A stretch of DNA of 64,000 nucleotides, taken from the NCBI GenBank assembly GCA_028534125.1, contig CM052817.1, positions 70,248,001 through 70,312,000 of the forward strand, read 5' to 3'. The position numbers and the translations under genes are program-made. Positions 39,101 through 50,815 of this stretch are shown here, one piece after another; position 1 is the stretch's first letter, and the number at the start of each line of letters is the position of its first letter. The DNA comes from Lama glama (taxonomy: Eukaryota). The notes below the pieces were generated by a model. It was not told the DNA's origin and searched no databases. It was given only the letters and a program-made list of their open reading frames with translations.

Positions 39101-39299
39101 GTTAAGGTTAATTTGGCATAAGATTTGCGTTAGCAAATTTTCATGGTATCTCTGGGCTTTCGCTAATTGCAATGTCTGTGGGTTTTAATGCTAATTTTCT
39201 GTTCCTGTTGTTTTACTCTTCAGTGAGTACTCTAAAACATTCAGACCCGCAGAAGAAGAAAGCCAGAACCGAGTTATGCAGAGCTACAGTGTGAGATGT

Positions 39300-39875
39300 A
39301 CCGTCCCAGACAGACCCGAGGTGCCGCCAGTGATGCCTGCCTCTAGCGTTCGTGCCTTTGTGTGATCCTGTCCCACAGAATATGGCAAAGGTAGGGGGGT
39401 GTCATGCACATGATTACGTTATGCCATTTGAGACTCCCACTGGGCAGACTGGAGTTAGAGGCTCTCCTTGTGGGCTTAATGAAGTCAGTGGCCCCCTTGG
39501 AGCAGCCCGTGTAGCTCTCACCTGCCAGCAGCTCCAGGACCTGAGGAGGGCCTCCAGCTGACAGCGAGCCAGTGGCTGGGCCCTCAGTCGTACGGCCACA
39601 AGGAAGTGGATTCAGAGTGAGCTCTGAGGTGGATGCTCCCCCAGTTGAGTCTCTAGATAAAAAACATAGCTCAAGATCCGACAAGAACCCAGCTAAGTCA
39701 TGATCAGGCTCCTGACCCATGGTAACCAGAGAAAACAAATGTATGCTGTTTTATTTTATTTTATTATTTTATTGAAGTATGGTCGGTTTATAGTGTGTTC
39801 ATTTCTGGTAAACAGCATAGTGATTCCGTTATACACATACATGCATATATATTTTTTCTTCCCAGATAACTGACC
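39300..39875 (+). mobile_element. ERVL-MaLR LTR (MLT1F/G-like) interrupted by a young L1 tail
   Basis: 'cagacagacccgaggtg...gaatatggcaaaggt...catgattacgtta...gggccctcagtcgtacggccacaaggaagtggattc...gaacccagctaag...ctcctgacccatgg...aaatgtatgctgtttta'. An antisense L1 3' tail lies at ~39750-39860. Confidence 0.8.
39750..39860 (-). mobile_element. Young cetartiodactyl-type L1 3' terminal fragment
   Basis: A (TTTTA)n tail, then 'attgaagtatggtcggtttata..gtgtgttcatttctggtaaacagcatagtgattccgttatacacatac'. Confidence 0.85.
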
Positions 39876-39989
39876 CATCGACCTGCCTGAAACCAGTGAG
39901 CTTTTATGACTTTGGCTTTCAGCCTTTTAGCCCATTCTCAGCCGGGCCTTGAATCCCCTCCAGAGTAACCTTTCCCCCACAGGTGCATC

Positions 39990-40415
39990 CTAAACGTGTT
40001 GGCTGGTCCTCCCTGCCTGCCCCCTCTCCCCAGGCTCTGCTCTGTATTGAAGGGGCTGACCTTGCACGAGGCACTTGCCAGGCTCCTGCCGCACGTGCCT
40101 CATAGCTGGGAGAGGCCCATGGGGCACCAACCAAGAAGGTCCTGCTGTCTCTGCCTCCTTGGTGACACCGACTCCCAGAACAGCCCTCTCTGGTTCTGCC
40201 CTCCGCCAGGCTGTCTCTGCTCTCAAGCTCTGGGAACTGCCACCTCCTGTCTTTGTCGCCTAGGACCGGCAGTGGTTCCCAACTATTGCTAACTTCTGGC
40301 GTCTCTTTTCTATTTGGCTTTGTAGGTCCTCCAGCACCTGTGAAACCAATTCTCTGCATTACATTCCCTTTGCTGTAAACACTTGAAGTGGTTTCTCTTT
40401 CCTCTGGCGACTGTG
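39990..40415 (+). mobile_element. ERVL LTR (LTR41/LTR33-like)
   Basis: 3' part 'ggcagtggttcccaactattgctaacttctgg...cctccagcacctgtgaaaccaattctctgcattacattccctttg...gtggtttctctttcct' matches the LTR41-type end. Confidence 0.65.
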
Positions 40416-40529
40416 GCGATGCACCCACCACACCCCTGGGCCCCTGCCTCACTGTGCTCTGCACTGGGAGCATCAGCCTAGGACCTGGATAAGGTCAGCG
40501 CCATCAACACTGCATGTGTTGCATCAACA

Positions 40530-40830
40530 AATGATGGCGCTATGCGGGCTCCAGCAGCACCTTCTCATTGGGGCTCCTGCCCGGTGTCAGGAGACACAGG
40601 AGTGGAGCAGGGCACCTGCGCTGGGGCGAGCATGATCCAGGGCAGGAAACAGCCATATAAACAAATAGAGCCATGTGCTAACTACTACGAGAGGTATATT
40701 CCAGGTGGGAGGGAGCCAAGAGTCCGGTCGGGGAGGTGGTGGTTGTGGGAGGAGGAAGGGTGTTCCTTTCAGAGGGAACAGCCTATGCTAAGGCATGGAG
40801 CCCTGGGAGAGCATGGTAAGCTCAGTTATG
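40530..40830 (-). mobile_element. L2 fragment
   Basis: 'ggagacacaggagtggagcag...aaacaaatag...tgtgcta...ttcagagggaacagcctatgctaaggcatggag' follows antisense L2. Confidence 0.55.
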
Positions 40831-41134
40831 AGTGAGGGTAGTCATGGAATCCAGCTTTCATGTTTGTTTTAACTCAGCAATAAGTTCTTTATCCCAAAAA
40901 TATCCTGCAGGAGTCTACCATCTACACATACAGGCCAGGGCACTTTTCAGCTCCTACTGAAGGAAGTAGTCTCATGTTGCCAGTCCACGGCACTTTCTTC
41001 TTTCTTCCTAGGCTTCTTCCATAAATATTTTCCGGACTAAAGCGTAACTGGATGACAGTGTCTCAGACATTCAGCAGTCTCCCCAGGGAGAGGTCTCTAA
41101 AGTCCGCAGGGACGGGCAGCTTGATGTGGTCAGA

Positions 41135-41520
41135 GTGCAAGGCAACGAGTGTGGCCACGCTATGTGCCAACAAGATGGATGTGGGTGGACAGCTAGGTTC
41201 ACCGCTTATTAGCTGTGTGATTTGGAGCAGACTGCTTTCCCTGTCCGAGCCTCCTTCTGTAGGGGTATAATACCTACCCAGCGGAACAGGGGAATTCCTT
41301 TGTAAAGCATATTTAGGATTTACTGTGTGCTAGGCACCATGCTTAAGTTTATTATTCATTATCTCACTTAATCCTTAAATAATCCTATGAATGAGGTATG
41401 ACTATTAGCTCTAATTTAAAGATTTTAAAACGGGGAGGCCTAGGGAAGTTAAATAATTTGTCCAAGGTCACACAGCAGTTGATAGGCAGAACCTTGAAAG
41501 TCCATGCCCTTAACCATTAC
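41135..41520. mobile_element. Two opposed MIRs (+ at ~41135-41280, - at ~41310-41520)
   Basis: 'cttattagctgtgtgatttggagcag' (+), then 'tttactgtgtgctaggcaccatgcttaag...atctcacttaatcct...gttaaataatttgtccaaggtcacacagc' (-). Confidence 0.75.
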
Positions 41521-41759
41521 TTGCATAATGGTCCAGGGCAGAGCCCTGGCCCTGGGGTGCGATTTGAATTAGAGGCTCAGGGAATTTATACCCCTCTCCC
41601 CCCTCAGAAGAAGCTAAATTACTGTCCCCAGGCCTGGTGGCACTATCCACTGTAGAAGAAGCAGAAAAAGAGGACAATAGCAAGCTACCGGGCCTATGAT
41701 TTGCAAATTCGTCCTGAGCTTTGGCGATGGGTGTTTTTAGGTTTGAGTTGAGTTCGGAG

Positions 41760-42240
41760 ACCTCCAAAATCAAAGAATAATCCCGAGTGCGGAGCAAACT
41801 CACACCCGCACTGAAGACAAGGGTGGGAAACAGCAGCAGTGCAGCGTTGTTTGTGCAGCCCTCGCACCGGAGGAACACGTTGTTCTTACACTTTCTGCCG
41901 GCACAGCTGAGGCTGGAGCCGGCCGTGGGGCGGTCAGGACTCCTCCGCGGAGGCCCCCAGGGCCCCAGCTCCCCGGATCCCACCCACAGGACCGCGTTCA
42001 GCAGTGCCGCCCCAGGGGCAGGCAGAGCTGGCAGGGTCCCAGCCAAACAGCCTCAGTTCAAACCCTTCCCGGAGGGGCTCTAGGGTGTGGTGCTTTGCAG
42101 CGCCTTCTTTTTTTTCCTCCCCTGGGATTTAGCTCTCAGAGCAAGAGCGTCGTCGGGACACTGAGCCAGCTGCGCAGGATACCTCCCTGCTCACATCAAA
42201 GAGGGAAGGCGGGCCTGCCTGCACAGGCGCCTGCCGCACA
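41760..42240. promoter_or_regulatory. CpG-enriched, GC-rich segment (weak CpG-island-like)
   Basis: Visibly dense CpG (ccgcgg, accgcg, gtcgtcgg, ggggcgg) that does not belong to a recognisable repeat. Confidence 0.35.
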
Positions 42241-42930
42241 CACAACACACACACCACACTCAGCCACAGCACACATAATACACACCACACACACTTATAT
42301 ACCCCACATGTAACACACACACCACGCACTCATATACCTCAGATAGTACATACACCACACCTCCAACTCGCGCATCACATACGCACACCACGCACCAGAT
42401 ACTACGCATACCACATACACAGCCCACGCACCCTACAGAGCACACATATCAAACCTCACTCCCTTTATTACATATGTACACATCACACACATAGCCTCCA
42501 CATGCACCACACCTCACATGTAAAAATGCAACACATAGGCTACAGCACATTCATATTGCACCTCGCATCTTTAAATTATGCGTGCTCACACACTCCACAC
42601 ACACATATACAACACACATGCACCATGTACACATGCACCACACACAGCTCAGTCTCACATAGCACACACACCATACACATAGATGCATCATACGCACACT
42701 CACATCACACACACCACACAGAAAAATACATGTACCACACACACTAGAGCACACATACCAAACTTCACATTCTCACACCACACACACCACAGATGGATAT
42801 ACACATGGCACCAGACCATATAGTCACAACACTACAATCACATCACACACATGCAAATACATACCACACACATCACACACAAACCATATGTTCCATACAC
42901 ACACACACACACGCGCACTCTCATACACAG
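42235..42930. repeat. ~700-bp degenerate CA/CAC-rich low-complexity tract
   Basis: Directly visible (cacacaccacacacat...), ending in a pure (CA)n run at ~42896-42911. Confidence 0.95.
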
Positions 42931-45029
42931 AGTTTTGAGTTCATTCACATCTAAACTGCCGTCCCAACCCAACAATCATTCTGAGGAAAAGCCAGTCAGC
43001 CCCCAGGGGTTCTTTTTCTTTTCCTGGCAACATTATAGCCTTGTTGCTGGATAAATTAATTACAGAGTTGGAGAAACAGAAATTCAGCTCCCACCCACCA
43101 GCCCCCTTAAGTATCAACATTGTGGATCTATTTATGAACTTCAAAATCCAAGGTGTGACGTGCCTTGTCCCTGCGCAGCCGGCGCTCTGGCAGCGAGCCG
43201 GGTCCTTTCATGTGGGGAGAGCCCCCCCCCCACTTTGCAGCCTCATGTGGCCCGTGTCACCGCGGAGGGGACCCGGCGTGCGATGGCTGCGCGGATGCCC
43301 ACCCGCCCTGGGGCCTCAGGGGTCTCAGTGAGACGGGGAGGTGGTGTCTGCTCAGGGCAGACAGAGAAGAATCCTTCCTTACAGCTTCACTGACTCTTTG
43401 GTCAGATGGGGGGATGTGGCCTGACCGGGGACCCAAGTTCCAAGGCATGATTGTAACCGTGCTGTTGAGGCTTTGGGAGTTATTTTGAGGATTGTTTAAT
43501 TTTTGCAATTCCTCAGACCAGGAAGTTCTCTCCTGTGCTGTCTTCTCTGATTAATGTCATCTACATGTTCATGCCGTGGGCCTCACTCAACCTGGGGGAC
43601 GTCTTCCCTTTCCACCGTAGGTCTGCTGCCTGGAGGTTCTTCACTGTTATTGGAAGGCTGTGTATCAACTGTCTAAACTGAACGCTGCTAAAGCCACCTG
43701 TTTCCAAGGCAGGTGAGAAGCAGATGCGGCTGGTGGGACAAACACGCAGCCATCCCCCGTAAGCAAGTGAAACACCACTGGAGGGACCCAAGGCCTCTCT
43801 CTGCAGGGCCTGTGAAGCTGGGCCTGACATGCATCCATCCCGGTTCTCCTGGGGGCAGTTTCTATGTTCTCTGGGCCAGAACCTCTCCCAGAGACCCTTC
43901 CAGCTTCCCTGGGTCCGGTCTCCCTGCAGAATCAGAGAGGGCAAGGGAGGGAAGGTGCCCTTTTCTCCACAGCTCTGTAGGGGGCGCGCTGCCAGGCAGG
44001 AGGCAAAATGTGGAGCCCAAGTGGGAGCCTGGAGCTGAGATGGTCTATTTGTTATCTTTGGTTCAGCACTTCAAAGGCCATTAGCTTTCATGAGGGGCCA
44101 AGTCATGACACCACCACCACGTAGATAATGCTTAAAGCAGCACCTTCTAGATCTGCCACACATGTGAGTGGGTGGTCATGGCAACTTGAAGGCGATCTGA
44201 AGTGGTGGGAGGAGAAACGTAGGGGAGGGAGCAGTAGGTAGCAGGGTTTTTTTGGCAGGTGAAAAAATTTGGAGAGTGTTGGAGGCGTCCTCGGGGCTGG
44301 TGGGGGACAGAGGCTAGCAGGGTGGTCTGGGTAAAACTCAGGTCAGGAGCAGGGTGGTAGTTTGGTCAGCAACTTTCACTTCCCTGAGACGAGGTGCCTC
44401 CTTGATAAGCCATTTTCATTTCATTTCCAGTCATGTTTTCCCCTGGCCCACCTCCGTCAGCATTAATATAAGGTTTCAGTCTAATTGCTGCTACTTGAGA
44501 TGTGTCCATCTCGAGCACAGGGAGTTGGGGGCCCCCAGAGAGGAGGCGGCCAGATAAGTGTTCCAGTGTGAAGCCAGCCAGATGGCTCTTAAATGTCTGG
44601 TGAAGGAGCTCGGCCAGAAACCCCGCAGGAGAAGGTTCCTGCCGCGCGGCCTGGTCTGTGGTCACATTTCTGAATGCAGCCTCCCAAGAATTGTAGGGTG
44701 GGCTGAATAATCCTGCTTCCTGAGGGCGTGTATGTACCACGCAGCCCCTGATTTCAAGGAAAAACTCAGGAAATACGTGGTCCGGGGAGAAAGGAGCCTC
44801 AACAGGGTTTTTGTTGTTGTTATTTTGCAAGTATCTTGAAGTGAATGCCCACAAACTGCCCACACGATGAATAGCAGCATTCATCTCCCGGGGCCGTGCG
44901 GCCAGAGCCGGGCCTGCTGGGAGACGCTGCCCGCCTCGCCCCGGCTGCCTTCGGCTCCCCGCCACTCTTCCCTCACGGGGGCCCTGGGGGCTGCGAGCCC
45001 GAGGGGACAGGTAGATACCAAGAGCTTCT

Positions 45030-45200
45030 GCGCTCTGATCCCTGCTCTGACGCTGTCTCCTCTGGGCCTGGGGCTATTTGCTTGGCTTCTTCACCTCAGT
45101 TTCTTGATCCATCAAATGGGGATAATGGTGTTTACTTACTTGCCTCATGAGTATTATGGGGATTAATTACTCTTTGTAAAGTGCTTTGAAGATGAAAAGT
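45030..45200 (+). mobile_element. MIR SINE
   Basis: 'cctcagtttcttgatccatcaaatggggataatggtg...ctcatgagtattatggggattaa...tgtaaagtgcttt'. Confidence 0.8.
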
Positions 45201-46429
45201 GTGAGGTGGCATCATCATTATTATTATGAAATTTCTTCCACTGCTACCCGCCAGGTTCTGCCCGACTGAAGAGAATGTTTCAACCTGGGTTCCAAATGAG
45301 ACCCTCCACATGCACATGCGCGTGTACACACGCACGCACACACAGCCTCAGTGGAATATCTGGAGGTGGAGAACGAAAGAAACCACTTTCCCCTAGAAAA
45401 GGGCCTTTCCTATTTATGGGGTGATGGCCGTCAGGGGATCTGGCCGTGAGAAGGGGCAGTGCCCAGTGGCCCCAGGATACAGAGTGCTCTACTACGTATG
45501 TGATTCAGCAGGAGCAAAGCCACTCCTACTGCAACCCTGTGCTCATGGTGTACAACGTAATGATGCTTTCTTATAGAGAATTTTTCTTTCCTCTCGTGAT
45601 ACGAGAAACATAACCAGTTGGATATGTAAAATCCATCTTCTTCCTTATCTTCACTGAGACGAAGTGCCTCTGCCAAACTGCCTTCCATCAGGGGCCAGGG
45701 AAAACAAAGAACATTCTCAGAATTTCAAAGTCTCCTGAAATACATTAGATCACCTCTCTTCTCCAGTGAGTATGAGCTCACTTTTTGGAACATCTAGAGA
45801 CAGAAAAAAGTTTTGTCAAACTGCCTTTTATTGGGGTTCTGGTAACGTCCCTTGGCTGATTGTGGGAATGGTTTTCTCATTGTCTGTATCTGTATCTGGC
45901 TAAACAACGGTGTGTCCAGCAGGTTGTGCCTGTTAATGGGGCTGAGCGAGTGGGGACATCTGGGGCAAGACTGCTAAAGAAAGAACGGTCTAATGGGGAA
46001 GAAATCTGTTGCCTTAGGATCTACACCTGACCCTATGGATGCTTTCCTCAGAAGTTCTAAGATTCTGGTATAGCATACACAAAATATACCTAAGTCTAAT
46101 TTTGCTACGAAAGAAGAGGAGGCAGCATCCCAAATTCCAGAAGATACCATTTATGATAATGCTGTTTATTTATGTAATGATCAGGATACTTCTTTTCCTA
46201 GTAGAGTAATTATACCTGGGAGGTCAGGAGGTAACTATGCAAATTACCCTGAAGGGCAAAACACCAGGTGGGGAAAAAGCCAACTCAAATTATTTATTCA
46301 AGTGGAGTATATGAAGCCTTCCCATTTCATGTCAGATTGTGTTTCTGAAAGAGGGGGTTGAAAATCCAAATGCTGTAAGTCAAATGTGATTTTTAAATAG
46401 AAACAATGCTGTAATGAGGAGTTATGTCC

Positions 46430-47060
46430 CTGCTTACAGGTGTAATGGCCAATTTGGTTTCTTTGTCACAAAAGTAATTCATGTTCGTTACTTTAAAAAT
46501 TAAATAAGAAAAAAGAAAAGATACTTTACATTTAAAGTATCCAAAATCCTGTCTAAAGGTAACCACTGTTAATGTCTCAGTATGACTGTTCTTCAAGAAC
46601 TGAGATGTATATTAAAAAAAAGAACAATATTGAACATAAGGTTTAGTAACCTCTTTTATACACTTAATATAACACTTTTCCACGGCAATAAAATACATGT
46701 ATATTGGTGTGGATTGGTATAATATACTGTCATATGCTTCCTGGCTATATATATAAAATTTTTTCTGATTTGACTTTTCCTGTTCATGTTCCAAGTCCAT
46801 ATGTCTCAAATGAGGAATTCGTTTTATTATTATTATCACCATCATTAATTTGTTAGAGTTTTTTAAATGAAGACAGAAATAGTGCTCTTAACTTATAATT
46901 TTGTTTATGGCATTTCATTTCATTTTGACTTAAGAGAGAAATGTTTAAATTTTATATAATCATATCTATAAGTCTTTTCCTTGGTAATTTTTATCTTGGT
47001 ATTATGCTCAGAAAACTTCCCTATACTCCAAAATTATGTAAATATTCACCAATAGCTTAG
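46430..47060 (-). mobile_element. Old L1 (L1ME-like) fragments, antisense
   Basis: AT-rich, with 'ggtaaccactgttaa...cacttaatataacacttttcca' and 'agaaatgtttaaattttatataatcatatctataagtcttttcc...ttatgctcagaaaacttccctatactcca'. Confidence 0.6.
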
Positions 47061-47569
47061 CTTAGAAGTATGTGTGTGCTTAGTTCTTCTGAAATTATTT
47101 GTGTGTCTTGTGAGCACATTAGAAATACTTGGTTATTTTTTTGGAAAGAGTTCCAGAAATGTCTTTCTGTTTTGCCATTTTTTCATTTCCATTTTTCTTT
47201 CCTTTTTTCCTTTTTTTTTTCTTTTTTTCCTGAGTAGGAAAAAGCAGGGTTTATGTTATTTGGCTGTCCGTGACCATTCTAAGGCTCTTGGACTTCCGTT
47301 TCATTAGCACTCCCTGCCTCCCTTTTACAGCAATGATGTCACACAATTATATCTGTCCTGAAGCTGCACAACTCATTCCCTATTTGTAGAGCAGTGTCAC
47401 CTCCTGATCGCTCTGCATGTTGTCACAACGTATCAATATGCCTTCAAAGTCTCTTTCAGTACCCAAACTTGAGACTTGATTTGAATCCTGAATCCATGAA
47501 ACAGAAAAAAATTTCCACTCTTGGCCACGCTTAGTACTTCAGCGATCAGTGGTCGTTCTCAGAGCACTA

Positions 47570-47800
47570 CTCTGTCCCCGACTGTGGATTCCAGTCTTGG
47601 CCCCTCCTTCCTAGCTGGGAGGTCTGGAGCACATTCATTTATTCTTTCTGAACCTCAGTTTCCCCATCTGTAAAATGGGACTAATAATAACCTTCTTTGG
47701 CTACTTCACAACTTTATTGTAAGGAGTCAAAGAGATCATGGTTGTAAAAGTGTTTAGTAAGCTGTAAAGCAATATATAAACACAAGGTGTTATTATTTCC
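47570..47800 (+). mobile_element. MIR SINE
   Basis: 'tctgaacctcagtttccccatctgtaaaatgggactaataata' core. Confidence 0.85.
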
Positions 47801-48329
47801 CTTTTATTTGACATTATAAGGGATTGAATATGATGTGTGACTGTCAACTAATAAGGATCTTTTTTTAAAAGATGCCAGACTATAAACACAGAAATAGATG
47901 CAATCCTTTCAGTAGGCCTCGAATTAACTTCTACATTGTCATCTGTGCTCAGAATATGTTTTTAACTTCCTTTGTCTCTGAGATAGTCATAGACATCCTC
48001 CCTCATGGGGTGTTTTCTGTCTTGTTCACCTACCTCACCTTTCCCTCCCACCCTCCTCTTTTCCTTGAACCTCCTGCTCAGAGGCCCTGCAGGGGACAGA
48101 AGCCACGGTAGGAGATCTCAGGGAAGGGAGACTCACGGATGGCAACCTCAGATTGAAGCTGGCTCCCAGGAAGGGGGCTGGCTAGAACACATTATATGCT
48201 GTTTGCTGCTGGTCTGTCCTTAGGATACAGGCAGGTACACGGAGCCAGGAATCATCAGCAGGCAAGTCTCATTCTCCACTGAGGTCTGTCCGTTCAGTCC
48301 CACCCAGGAGCACCTGTAGAACTGTAGAG

Positions 48330-48690
48330 GCTGCACTGGACTAAAAGTCAACAACCCGAGTTCTGGTTCTGATTCTGCAATAAACAGCTGAATGACCAAG
48401 CTACATTGGTTTTAGTTTCCACATTCTCACAATAAGGACATTGAAGGTGTTTAAGGTCCCTTTTACCTTGAAAACTCGAGGATTTCAACAGCCTTCCTCA
48501 CAATGGTCTTGTGGAGGTTCAGACCTTTTCCAAGCTCTACAACTTTGGGAAAGTTGTTTAACCTGAGTCTCCATTTCTTCCTCTTTAAAATAAGGAAAGT
48601 GCCGACTATATAGGGCTTTTTTGGATGAGAATTAACTGATAAAGTACAACTAAAAGCATTTGGCACAGAGTAAGTGTTCGATAAACCTTA
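48330..48690 (+). mobile_element. Two MIR fragments
   Basis: 'ccgagttctggttctgattctgc...tgaatgacc' and 'gggaaagttgtttaacctgagtctccatttcttcctctttaaaata...tggcacagagtaagtgttcgataaa'. Confidence 0.7.
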
Positions 48691-48805
48691 AATGTAATTT
48701 CATTCTCTCCATTTTACTATTCTCAAGGAGTGAAAACTACTCTAAATTGCTTCTTAAGCTTAGTCCTTAAAGGTTAATATTACTGTTGCTAATATTGTAT
48801 CGTCA

Positions 48806-49050
48806 TTATAGACTGAGTGTGCTCCCCCCCCCACAGTTCATATGTTAAAGCCCCAAACTCCAGCGTGATGGTATTTGGAGGTGGGGCCTTTGAGAAGTAA
48901 TTAGATTTAGATGAGGTCATGAGGGTGGGACCCCTATGATGAGATTAGTGCCCTTATAGGAAGAACAAGAGACCTAAGCTCCCTCTGCCCCTAGGATGTG
49001 AAGATACAGAGCGAAGGTGACTATCTACACACCAGGAGACAGTGTTCTAC
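48806..49050 (+). mobile_element. ERVL-MaLR LTR (MLT1A-like), 3'-truncated
   Basis: 'tatagactgagtgtg..cccc..ttcatatgttaaagcccc...gtgatggtatttggaggtggggcctttgagaagtaattagatttagatgaggtcatgagggtggg'. Confidence 0.85.
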
Positions 49051-49059
49051 TCAGGAAGC

Positions 49060-50815
49060 GCTAGGAATTTGGGGGAATAATTAAAACTAATCTTCATAGT
49101 ACTGTGGTGGTCTATCTATCTATCTATCTCTATGCTTTGTCAAAACCCAGAAAACTTCACAGTACATAGTGAACATTAATATATGCAAATTTTAAAAATT
49201 AAGAAGAGGTCAAGAGATCTCAAGATAGAATGTAGCCTCTGACAAAATAATATAACTGTATCACAGACACATGTGGTAACCTTGCTGAAGTGGGAATAGA
49301 GAAAAAGCTGTTGACCTAAGTAACTTTGGAAAACAGTGTTTTAACTGGAAACTGTTAAGTCAAAAAACTTAAGGAACTGAGTATAAGCGCTGTATTCTAG
49401 TTGGTAGAGTTGCTTCTCCTGTGGTTTGGTTTAACAGTTTTGAAACTGCTGTACATGTTTACTGGAGTTGAACAAATAAACAGATACCAGGTAGTAGAAG
49501 CCAAGTTTCTTACGGTTGGAGAGAGAGGTAACAGATAAGCAAAAGAGAAAGGCTAGAATAAACCTTATAGTAATGGTTTAGAGTTGGAGACATTAATGTG
49601 AACTGATGTTTAGCTCAATGCAAGTACAGATGAATAAGTACAGGAATAATTATAGATGTGCGTATACATGGATCAGTACACATACATATACTTCCTAGCT
49701 CCTTCCACTGCAAGGGTCTAGAAGCAATGGCACCACAGTAGCAATGAACACACCTGTCACTCAGATCTTGGTTTCTGATACAATTCTCAAAAAAAAAAAA
49801 GGAACCAGAGCTCCCAGGAGAAATGACTGATTCCATAGCTTGGACAGGAAATATACGAAATGATCCTGGAACATTTTTTCAGTGCCATGAAGTAAAAAAA
49901 AATACTCAAAAAACCAAAGGATTGGGGCACATCAAAGAGATACAGGATGGCCAAAACTTTAACAATCTGAGCAATAAAATAAATAATGCAGTGCTGGATT
50001 ATAACTCAAAGTTTAAAATAGATAGCCTTGGATCCATCCTGATATAAATAAGTGATGGAAAAACAAATAAATGAAGAAGAGACAAATCTCCCACACAGAA
50101 AAATTCCCAATGATATGCATAGATTGTCCTCCCTCCTCCTCCCTCAAGGTGGTGGAGCCTGACTCCATACCTCCCGAGTGAGCTGTGCTTTGTGACTTGC
50201 TTCCAAAGAGAAAGAGTATGAAAAGAGGGGAAAAGTAACCTGACAGTAAAGAAACCTGGCAAACACTACTTCAGCCAGGTGATCAAAGTTACCATTATCT
50301 GTGATGAGTCCTGTCGAAGTATGTACTCCTGATATGATGTGAGGAAAATAAAACTTCACCTCCATGGTCTTCCTCCTCAAAACCCACAATCCTAGCCTGA
50401 CCATGGAAAAAAACTCAGACAAGTCCAAGTTCTTGGGCATTCTACAAAATACCTGACCACAGCTCCTTTCATGTCAAGGCCATGAAAAAAAAAAAAAAAA
50501 CAAGAAAAGTCTGAGACATTGTTACAACCAAGAGGAGAACAAGGAAACAGGAGAACTGAATGTAATGTGGTTTCCTAAAGGGAGTCTTGGAGCAGAAAAA
50601 GGATATTAGGGAAAATAAGTGAAATCTGAATAAAGTATGGATTTTAGTCAATGACAATGTATCAGTGTGTTTGATTAGTTGTGACAAAGGTACCCTAGTC
50701 ATGTTAAGATGTCAGTAAGGGAGGACATGGGTGAAGAGTGTATGGAAATATTTTAATAATCTTTGCAACTTTTCTGTAAATGATTCCAAACTGAAACATT
50801 TATTTAAATTTAAAA
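49060..50815 (+). mobile_element. Old L1 long 3' UTR (L1MC/MD-type)
   Basis: 'gtcaaaacccagaaaact..acagtac..agtgaac', 'gttgacctaagtaactttggaaa', 'gaaacctggcaaacactacttcagccaggtgatcaaagttaccat', ending 'ctttgcaacttttctgtaaa...aaacatttatttaaa'. Confidence 0.85.

Noticed and set aside
39184..39206. ttaatgctaat resembles the 5' end of miR-155
   Set aside because: The match ends after about 11 nt and there is no hairpin partner. It is better explained as a branch point and pyrimidine tract.
39919..40473. 184-aa ORF on the - strand
   Set aside because: Antisense read-through of the LTR41-like element.
42095..43054. His/Thr- and Cys/Val-rich ORFs
   Set aside because: Translations of the CA-rich low-complexity tract.
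44366..44965. 199-aa ORF on the - strand (longest in the track)
   Set aside because: No recognisable domain, Arg/Pro/Gly/Ala bias from a GC-rich region, and a length expected by chance in 64 kb.
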